NCBI GenBank assembly: GCA_000004695.1
Contig: CM000155.2
Location: 2,144,001-2,208,000 of the forward strand
Reading direction: 5' to 3'
Length of the DNA stretch: 64,000 nt
Source: Dictyostelium discoideum
Taxonomy: Eukaryota
Both the position numbers and the translations under genes were made by a program. Under the pieces are notes generated by a model. The model was not told where the DNA came from and did not search any database. It saw only the letters and a program-made list of their open reading frames with translations. Each line of letters opens with the position of its first letter. The stretch's first letter is position 1. Positions 55,073 to 64,000 of the stretch are shown here, in pieces.

Positions 55073-56031
55073 ATGGTTTAAAAACTACAAAAGAAGTTAA
55101 TGATGAAATTTTAAAAATTAAAAATGAAGAGAGACAGAAACAAATAAGAGAAGAAAAAGAATTATTAGAAAAAAAAAACCGTGAAAAATTAGAAAAGGAA
55201 CAAAACTTTGAATATATTCATAAGAAAATCTATAATCAAATTAATGTGCCAATGCAAACAGAGATTGCAAATCTAATGAAGGTATCACATGCAGGTTTAC
55301 CTCATTTCCTATTGGCATCGACACCTGTTCAAGAGATTGTAACCACAAATTATGATCAATGTTTTGAGATTGCTAGTAGATCTATTGGGAAGGAAATTTG
55401 TGTTTTACCATACCATTCGTTGAATGGTCGTAATAAAAGATGGATTTTAAAGCTACACGGTTGTGTTTCAAATCCTAAAGATATCATTATAACTCGTGAA
55501 GATTACATTAGATATGGGGATAAGAACGAAGCATTGTCAGGCATGGTCCAAGCATTGTTAATTACAAAACATCTATTATTTGTTGGTTTCAGTTTAACTG
55601 ATGACAATTTCTATCAAATTATGTCTGCTGTTAAACGTGCGACATCCACTGGTGAAGACGGCAGTGTCAGATTAAAGAATACTTTTGGCACAGCCCTATT
55701 TCTTCAAAGAAATGATTTAATGAATGAAATTTGGGGTAAGGAATTAAATATTTTATATTTTGATGAAAATAAATCCGATATTGCATGGTGTGCTAGAAAA
55801 CAAGAAATCTTCTTGGAATATCTAACTGGAGTTTGTAGTAATAATAATACAAGTCATTTAATGGAGAAAAGGTTCGATTGTCTATTAAAAGAAGGTGAAA
55901 AAATATTTAGAGATCGTTTAATTGAATTTGTTTCTTCATTACCTGAAGAAGCAATTAAATCTGATGCTTTCAAAAAGTTTCATGTATTTTTAACTGAAAT
56001 GGGTTATGATAGTAGAAATTTTTATTATTAA
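52528..56031 (+). CDS. Large single-exon protein. It has a low-complexity Ser/Thr/Pro-rich N-terminal half, a divergent macro-like domain, a prokaryotic-defence-type SIR2-like (SIR2_2 / ThsA-DSR-FAM118-like) domain and a C-terminal helical extension.
   Basis: Continuous 1167-aa ATG ORF. The macro-like signatures are VFIVYGDLTKLVCDIRMVPCSHN (about 54068..54126) and LPILGTGGGGGSRIAGQILSLLIHEL (about 54451..54530). The SIR2-like signatures are AIFLGAGSSRSAGLPTWTGLLD (about 54727..54790, GAGxS...GxPxW), TTNYDQCFEIA (about 55345..55375) and ILKLHGCVSNP (about 55444..55475). The P-x-W and TTNYD motifs, rather than GIPDFR and TQNID, point to the SIR2_2 (DSR/ThsA/FAM118) clade and not to a canonical sirtuin. 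Confidence 0.7.
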
Positions 56032-56298
56032 AAAATTCATTAAATTTTTTATTATTTATTCATATATATATATTTTTTTTTTTTTTTTTTTTAAAACAAA
56101 ATAAATAAAATAAAATTAACATTGTAATATAAAAATAGAATTCTTTTTTTTTATTTTTTTACAAGAAAATCCATTTTATTCTGGATTTAATTTTGCGCCA
56201 AAAAAAAAAAAAAAAAATTTCACTCTTTTTTCAAATTTACTTTTTTTTTTTTTTTCTCTATTCTTTTTTTTTTTTTAATTAAAACAAATAAAATAATA

Positions 56299-57143
56299 AT
56301 GGATAAATTTGTTATTATTAAATGTATAAATCCAGGATTTATACCACCAAAAGAGAAAAAAGAGGAGCCAAAAAAAGAGGAGCCAAAAAAAGAGGAATCT
56401 AAAAAAGAGGAATCTAAAAAAGAGGAATCCAAAAAAGAGGAATCTAAAAAAGAAGAACCAAAAAAGGTTGAGATAAAATCAGAAACAAAAAAGAAAAGAG
56501 CAGCAAAATCAAAAACAACCAATAATACTACAACTTCATCTACTACTACCACAACCACCACAACCAATAATAATGAAAGTACAAAAACAGGATTAGCAGC
56601 AATAATAACACCAGTAACAGAAATTAAAAAACAACCACAACAGACCTTAGTAAGTCATTTCTTTTCAGCTAATACAGGTGATAAACCATCATATAAATTT
56701 TTATTTGAAAAAGAAGCAGCTGATAGAGCTGAAGAAGAAAGAAAAAGAGCAGAAAGAATCGCAAAAGAGGAGGCGATTTTGGCAGAAAAAAGAAAACAAA
56801 TCCAAAAAGCAAAATTAGAAGCAAAAAAGAAAAGAGAAATAGAAAGAAGAAAGAGAGAAGAAGAGGAATGGGAAGAGTATTTAGCAATGCAAGAAAAAAC
56901 AACCAAAGGTGTTGAAATTATACCACACCTTTATCTAGGTTCCTTTTTGGCTGCTAAAAACTCTGAATGGTTATTAGAAGCAAATGTTACCAAAATTGTA
57001 AATGTAACTTCCGAAGTACCATCTTACTTTTTAAGTAAAAAAGAAAAAGAAAATGATAAGATTATATCTGAAAAGGATGAAATTGATTCTTTTATTGTTG
57101 ATGATGATGAAGATGAAAATGAAGATGAAGATGATGAAGATAT

Positions 57144-57186
<43 letters not shown>

Positions 57187-58131
57187 AATGAAGATGAAAA
57201 TGAGGATGAAGATGGTAATCAGGATGAAAATGTTGACATTGGTGATGAAAAAGATAAAGAAATGAAAGATTTACCAATAACACCTTCCCCTAATGAAAAG
57301 AAAGAAGAAAATATAGAAATGAAAGATAATGATGATAAAGATCAAGAAATGAAAGATTCACCAGCGGCAGCAGCAGCAACATCTTCCACTAATGAAAAGA
57401 AAGAAGAAGAAAATGTAGAAATGAAGGATGAATTAACAATAAATAATATACCAATTAAAATTGATCAAGTTAATGAAGATGTTGATAGTGAGAAAATTAA
57501 AGAACTTTCAATTAAATATTTAAGAATTTCAATTTCTGATAGTTTTAGATCAAAAATTGAAAATTATTTCCAAGAAGCAATTGATTTCATTAATCAAGGT
57601 AATGTGGATGGTAGTGAAAAATCAAATGTTTTAATTCATTGTAAACAAGGTAGAAGTAGATCACCATCAATCGTAATTGCTTATTTAATGTCAAATGAGA
57701 AATGGACTTTAGAAAAGGCATTCAATCATGTCTCTAGTGTAAGTCCAAAGAATTTAACAGTTAATGATGGATTCAAAAAGAAATTAATGGATTTAGAAAT
57801 GGAATTATTTGGTTCAAACTCTATTAACTTTTTTGATAGATCAAATAGAACTTCAAGAGCAAATATTTCCTCTGCTGCAATCACTTCAACTTTAAATATC
57901 ACTCAAAAGAGAATTAAAAATCAGAATAAAAAAAATGATGATATTAACAACAACAACAACGACGACAATAATAATGAAGATAATAAAAATAAAAATGAAG
58001 AAAATGTCGTTGATACAGCAGATGTAGTATTACCAACAAATTTAAAAGTTGAAGATGATGCCTCCACTATCGATCAATTAAAAGTTGTAAAAAGAAGAAA
58101 AAATATCTCCATAGTAGAAGATGATGAGTAA
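56299..58131 (+). CDS. Dual-specificity protein phosphatase (DUSP/MKP-like). It has an N-terminal (KKEEP/SKKEE)n repeat and a large acidic poly-Asp/Glu insertion inside the catalytic domain.
   Basis: 610-aa ATG ORF. DUSP domain start is VEIIPHLYLGSFLAAKN...IVNVTSE. The catalytic loop is NVLIHCKQGRSRSPSIVIAYLM (HCxxGxxRS). Between these lies a ~170-aa insertion DDDEDENEDEDDEDIDDDDDDDDDDDDDE...EMKD repeats. Confidence 0.85.
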
Positions 58132-58493
58132 ACTACAATATGTTTGAAAAAAAAAAAAAAAGAAAAAAAGTTAATGGATGGTTGTGGATCATAGAATAGA
58201 TTAATACAACAAATTTCTTTCTTTTTAACGAATATTTAACAATAAAAAAAAAAATTCTCTTTAATTTATTATGTTTTTTTTTTTTTTTGTTTGGTTTAGT
58301 ACCAATATTGTGTGTTTGTTTTTGATAAGTGGTAGTTGGTTTTTTTTTTTTTTTTTTTTTTAACTTTTATAAAAAAAAAAAATAAAAAAAGGAATTGGTT
58401 GCTATTGTTTTAAAGTATGTGTATTTGTATTGATGTTTAAATATATTGTTGTTGTATAATTTATATATATATATATATACATATATTATGGTT

Positions 58494-59379
58494 TTATCTT
58501 AACCATTTAAGACAAATGATTAAAGCAATGATACCCATTAATAAAAGAATGATAATTGATAAAATAACTTTGTTTGTTGCTAACCTTCTGGCAATTCCAG
58601 TCATAATTTTTCTAGCTGATTTAATTTGATCATCAGTTTCATGTAATTTATCCCTCATACCTCTAATTTGTTCACCTTGTTTACCTAAATCCATTAAAAT
58701 ATTTTGTCCAATTTGTTCACTTTGTGCTGAAATTTGATGTGTTCTTAATAATCTATCAGATGTTGAATCTAACATATTACTACCTTGAAGTAAATGTTGT
58801 CTTTGATTATCATATTGTGACTAAAATTTAAAAATTTAAAATGATAATATATAATTAGCTAATTTATTATATAACATAAACCTAAATAATAAAAATAATA
58901 ATAATATTTTTAGATAAACATACTTGGTAATCATCAGGTGCATTTGACCATGGATTACTATTTGTTTGATTTGAAGATTGTAACTGTGCTAATTGAACTT
59001 CTCTTTTATATTTTTGAATATCAGAATGATATTGTTTTGTTTTAGTTTGTAACTTTATTCTTTGTGGATGGTTTTGTGCTAATTTTTCCATTTCTGAAAT
59101 CTATAAAAAAAAAATAAAAACATAAACAAAGGTGTAAGTATTTACCCTTTTTTTTTTTTTTATTTTTTTTTATTTTTTTATTTTTCAAATATTGTTATAT
59201 ATATAACAATAGTTAATAATAATTCTTACAAATTTTAAAGCTTCATCAATATCATTTTCAACTTCTCTAACGGCGATCTTTTTCTTTTCACCTCCATAAT
59301 TTGGTAACTGTTTTATTCTTCTTGTGATTGAGTTGCATACATGCTGAAAATTTTGTTCGGTTCTTTCAAATACATCCAT
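58494..59379 (-). CDS. vti1: Vti1-family Qb-SNARE. Three exons, complement(58494..58820, 58924..59100, 59230..59379).
   Basis: Exon 1 MDVFERTEQNFQHVCNSITRRIKQLPNYGGEKKKIAVREVENDIDEALKF has donor TTT|GTAAGA. Acceptor tatag gives ISEMEKLAQNHPQRIK...APDDYQ with donor CAA|GTATGT. Acceptor ttttag gives SQYDNQRQHLLQGSNMLDSTSDRLLRTHQISAQSEQIGQNILMDLGKQGEQIRGMRDKLHETDDQIKSARKIMTGIARRLATNKVILSIIILLLMGIIALIICL. This SNARE motif plus TM anchor closely parallels human VTI1A and VTI1B. Confidence 0.85.
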
Positions 59380-60193
59380 TTTATAATATTATTGTATCTT
59401 TTGTATTGTTGGTTTTATTTCTTTTAATATATATTTATTTTTTTTTTTTTTTTTTTTTTTTTTATATTTTTAATTATTGTACAAGTTTTATGTTATGATA
59501 AAAAAAAAAAGTATTTCCTATTCTCTCTACTCTCACAAAACGAAAGTTAATGTTAAATAAAAATTATTAATGAGATAGCGTGGTGGTGTGTTTCAATAAT
59601 AAAAAGAAAATTAATTTGAGTTTTTCTAAAAATTTTTAAACTTTTTTTTTTTTTTTTATTTTTTTTTATTTTTTATTTTTATTTTTTTTTTTCTCTCAAT
59701 TTTGTGGACTGAATAAAAAAATAAATAAAATAAAAATAAAAATAAAATATAAAAATAAAAATTAAAAAAGAAAATAGAAAATTATAAAATAAAAACAAAA
59801 AATAAAAAATAAAATAAAAATAAAAATAAAAATGATTAAATGATTTAAAAAAATATATCTTTTTTTTTTTTTTTTTTTAAAAATAAAAAAATAGATAATA
59901 ATTAATTTTTTTTCTAAGGATTTAGTTAACTTATTATTTCAGGGTTTAATATTATTAATAAAAATATATATATTAAAAATAGTTTTATTTTATTTTATTT
60001 ATTTTCTTTTTTTTTTTTTAGTTGGTGCGTGATTTTTTTTTATTTTTAAATATCTTAAAATATCTCTGTTTTTTTTATTTTTTTTATTTTTTTTTTGAAA
60101 AAAAAAGTTTTGGTGGTTCTTTTTTTTTTTTTTTTTTTTTTTATTTTTTGATAGCACCAATCATCCATTTTTTAGATTCGTTACCAATTAGAA

Positions 60194-63100
60194 ATGAAAA
60201 CAAATAAAAAGCGTATATATTTAATTATTTTATTATTATTTATAAATTTTATTAAAAGCGAGGTAATAAATTTAACAGATTTAAAACAATATGAAAAATA
60301 TCAAACTTTTACAAGTACCCAAACATGTGGATTTCAATTTAATATATTAGTAAAAGATGATTCTTTTAGTATTGATCGTATTGACTTGGATAATAGTGCT
60401 CCAAAAAGTTTAGGTCAATATACCAATTTTACAAGATTTTCAACGAATAGATCAACAAATTTTATATTAAATTTTGCTAATGTAGAATTTGGTGTCTATG
60501 AAAATATTAATTTTACCACAATTGTAAATGGAGTTAAAAAAGAATGGTTTATTCTTCCAAAATTCACCTGTAATAGTATGTTTTTTAATTATGAAAAAAA
60601 AAATAAAAAAAAAAAAATTTTTTTATGTTCCAGATATTAATAAAAAAAAATAAAAAAAAAAAAGAAATTGATTCAACAAAATTAAAAGTTACAACAATAA
60701 ATAAAATAAATGTGAATCAAATTTTTATAGGATCAAAATTGTCAGGTGTAATAAAGATTGAAGGTTTTGGAAATGAAAATTATCCTTATCTATTATCACC
60801 AAATCCAAGCACAATGTATTCAATTATTAAAAGTAGTTCAAGTATGGACGTTGCATTTTTCTATGTACATACTATCGATCCAATAAGTATTTTATCCAAT
60901 GGTTCCAATTTGAATTTTACAATATCATTTTTTGAATCACCAAGTATTAGTTTTAGTTTTGAAGCAGATTCTATTAATACCAATGATGGTGATATTAGTG
61001 TGGAGATTTTATCACCACCATCACCACAACAAAATGGAAATTATCAATTAATTGGCACACATTCTTCACCATACATATTAATTAAAGCATTGCCAAACTC
61101 AATATTTTCAATTAGAAATAATGGAACTCCAGAGTTTATATCTCAACAAGGTGTAAATGAAAGAGAAGTTACATATTATTTTAGGCTACCAATAGGAGGT
61201 ATTTTCGATTCTCCATCTAATAAAAAATTACAAAATAGTACAGTTATTATTGGGAATAGAGAAGGAAATTCTATTTTTAGTCATACTTTTTCTTATTTCT
61301 TTTTTAATTTAAACGCAACTTTTAAAAATCATAGTTGGAGTTCTAGTTCATTTATTAACCTATATTCACAAGTTACTGAAATTTCAACAATGTCAACCAA
61401 AGTCACACAATTAAATATAATACTTTTAAACTACATTGTTGATCACCCATTTGGTTTAATAAATGGTAATTTAAAAAATTGTTCAATAGATATATCGATT
61501 ACTCCTCAACCTTTTTACCCTTACCCAACGCAAATATCGGCATCTATTGATGGAAATCAGCAAATATTTTACGACAGTTCAGATAGACGTGGGGAAATAA
61601 CTAAACCTCAAATATTGGATTACTCATTCACAACTCTATATGATAATTATGTATTATTAATATTTTCTTTTACATCTAGTAACCCTATTTATATGGTTGT
61701 TATTGATGGTTTTAATGTATTTTATATTAATTCAATTGTATCGGGGAAAGACTCAAATGGTACATTCGAATGTATATTTCAACAAAAATTATTCCAAGAA
61801 GGGGGCATTGCCTCATTGGCATTGATTGATAACGGCGGTATACAAAGTACATTTTCAATTGGACAATTCTATCAATTACCAAGTTCAACGAGTAATGAAC
61901 AAAGAATATTCACAATTCCACAATTTATAAATGAAATTTCATTTACAAATATTAAAGCTATCAATTTTAAATATAATGATATAAATACAACAAATGTATC
62001 ATATTGGAATACAATGACTTTAGAATTAATTAATTCATCAATTAGTATAGGTGAACCAGTACAAATTTTATTTTATTATTCAAATTATGATGATTTTGAA
62101 TCATATGATTTAAAATTATTTTTATATTGGAATAATGATAAAAAACATTGGTCAAATGATTTTAAATTACCAGCTAATCTAATAACTGGAAATGTAAACT
62201 ATATTATTATAACAACCGATGGTAATTTCTTATCATCAAATATGTTTTCAAATGATTGGCAACTCCGTGTTTACTCTGAATCTGCTGATTTATTAGGTCC
62301 TGTATTTTCAAACATTTTAAAACTTCTACCAACCATTATTAACACCAATGGAGATATTAGTTTTGGTTGGAATTTAACAATATATGATCCAATCAATGGA
62401 TTTAATAATGGTCATGTCATAGTAAGAGGTGGAATTGATAATTCAATTTATAAATTCTATTTATCTTCAAAAAATGGTAGAATGGAACTTGGTGAAACTC
62501 ACTCAATTGTAATGGTAGTTGAAAATGTTACAATCTCACAAGAATATAGAATAACTGAAGTTTTATTAATTGATAACCAAAATAGAAAATCCGAATTTAA
62601 AGAAGCTGAATTAGATAAAAGTTATAATAATCCTAAAAGAGTTAATCCATTCCTTTATTATTTAAATGATTCAAAAATAAATAGTATTCAAGTTGAAACC
62701 GGTGCAATCTATTCAACAAATAATGAAATTGATGATTTTATAATTACAAATATTGATACATATCATTTTTCAGAGTCAATTGATCAAGTTAATCAACTTA
62801 GAAATGTTAATATTTCATTCACATTTAATCAAACTTTAATTTCAAATTCAATTAAAAAAAATACGTTCCCTATTGTTTATTTTTCAAGTGCACATTTTAC
62901 AGAACCAATAATTAAATCAATTAGTAAATTTAATAATATTTCGAATGAGTATTTTGTAAATGTTGAAATCCCATTAAACTTTTCATATCCACATAAAATT
63001 GGTATTTCAATTTATGGAATAATTAATAATGCTGGCTTTTTCAATGGTTATTCATCTCAACAAATGTTAGATTCAACATTTTATCAACATGAAATTGAAC

Positions 63101-64000
63101 CATATAATAATCCAATAAATGTAAACCCAAATCTTTATAAAGCAATTCTAACAAATAGGAATTCTAAATTTATAATCATTGGTAGAGGGTTTAAGAAAAA
63201 TCTAATTTTATCAATTAATATTAAACTTGAATCAACGAGTCATCCATTTACAAATTTCACAATTATATCAACTACTTCAATTGAACTTTTAGTAAATCCA
63301 AATTTATTTACTCATTTATCAATTTCTTTAAGTGCAACAGTTGTTGGTGGAAAAGAAACTAATGAGATTGTAATAATTCCAATAATACCGACCCCAATTC
63401 AACCACCAATTCCATCATTATCACCAATACCAACCAGTCAACCACAAAAATGTCAAGGTAATCCAGAATGTGGTGGACCAACCAATGGATATTGTAAAAT
63501 TGGTGTTGGATGTTTATGTTATTCACCATTTATTGGTATAGATTGTACTTCAAAAATTATAATTGTAACCCCACCAATTGTAAATCCATCAAAACCAGAA
63601 ACAACAATTGATGTACCAACACAATCAAATAATACTACTGGTAATAATAATGTTAAATCAATAATTTCAATTGTAGCATTACGAGAATTAAATTCAGTAA
63701 CTGGTGAAGAAGTTAAAATTCATTATTTTGAAAAATGGATTTATACAAATGTTTCAGAAACAATATCACATTATCAAAGTAATATTACAAATAATGGTGG
63801 TGGTAGCATGGTGACAAATGTAAAAGCTATATTACAATGGTTTAAAAATGATGAGAATATTACATTTGCAAATCAAGAATTAATAATGCATTCATCAACA
63901 ATGAAATATACAATTGAGTTATCTCCATACACTTTTTCAAATCCATTAAATAATTTACAAATTGTAATGTCTGCTCAAATTCAGTCAAGTAAAGAAAACA
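60194..64000 (+). CDS. Large secreted protein with signal peptide, multiple N-glycosylation sequons and a Cys-rich EGF-like module. 3'-partial (it runs off the window). Two exons, 60194..60575 and about 60665..>64000.
   Basis: Exon 1 is track ORF 60194.. (MKTNKKRIYLIILLLFINFIKSE...) to donor AAT A|GTATGT (60576). Downstream, a single frame (codons in register with 60670) stays open from about 60636 to 64000 with no stop by my hand translation. The track omits it because it lacks a stop in-window. Only acceptor aaaaag|AAATTG (60663..60664) restores the frame from the phase-1 donor. The obvious ttccag at 60633 would need a phase-0 donor, so this junction is tentative. Text includes ...KCQGNPECGGPTNGYCKIGVGCLCYSPFIGIDCTSK (EGF-like) at about 63450..63560. 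Confidence 0.5.

Noticed and set aside
60633-60634. Strong ttccag acceptor as the exon-2 start of the large secreted-protein gene
   Set aside because: Used with either available donor (phase 1) it runs into a stop within 7 codons. Only a phase-0 donor at ATT|GTAAAT (60524) would fit, and that yields a Lys-homopolymer junction. The in-phase aaaaag acceptor at 60664 was preferred but remains uncertain.

Overview
This window is eukaryotic and almost certainly Dictyostelium-like social-amoeba nuclear DNA. The evidence is in the sequence itself: about 78% A+T, poly(A)/poly(T) intergenic tracts, long AAT/ATT runs that encode poly-Asn or poly-Gln inside ORFs, short gtaagt...(a/t)ag introns, and a tRNA-Tyr gene that carries an intron. 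Operons, CRISPR arrays and prophages are therefore not expected, and none were seen. Many short entries in the six-frame track (poly-F, poly-I, poly-K, poly-N or poly-H translations, or ORFs antisense to real genes) are artefacts of the low-complexity DNA. The track also calls TTG and GTG as start codons, so several listed ORF starts are interior points of spliced exons. I rebuilt about 25 protein-coding genes by hand. Splice coordinates are approximate (within a few nucleotides), although most were checked for frame consistency against the track. The genes that can be assigned by motif are: a WBP11/SIPP1-like splicing factor; two tandem GPI-anchored mucin-like surface proteins; an MFS sugar-porter; a patatin-like phospholipase with a large transmembrane insert; palmitoyl-protein thioesterase; a tRNA-Tyr(GUA) gene; an oligopeptidase-B (S9) peptidase; a Rac/Rho GTPase; a DNL-type zinc-finger protein (Tim15/Zim17); Got1; PEX13; CCT-delta; FAM192A/PIP30-like; API5; WASH1; a dual-specificity phosphatase; the SNARE Vti1; and a large secreted protein with an EGF-like module that runs off the window end. 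The most unusual element is a 1167-aa single-exon protein at 52528..56031. Its C-terminal half carries a divergent macro-like domain followed by a SIR2-like domain of the prokaryotic-defence type (GAG.S...P.W, TTNYD and HG motifs, as in ThsA, DSR and FAM118), not a canonical sirtuin. Other points worth a second look are a 1.2-kb compositionally distinct block directly upstream of the tRNA (possibly a tRNA-targeted retroelement remnant), an inverted duplication of the 3' end of a small Cys-rich secreted-peptide gene, perfect 16-bp palindromes in two intergenic regions, and very long trinucleotide-encoded poly-Asn tracts.
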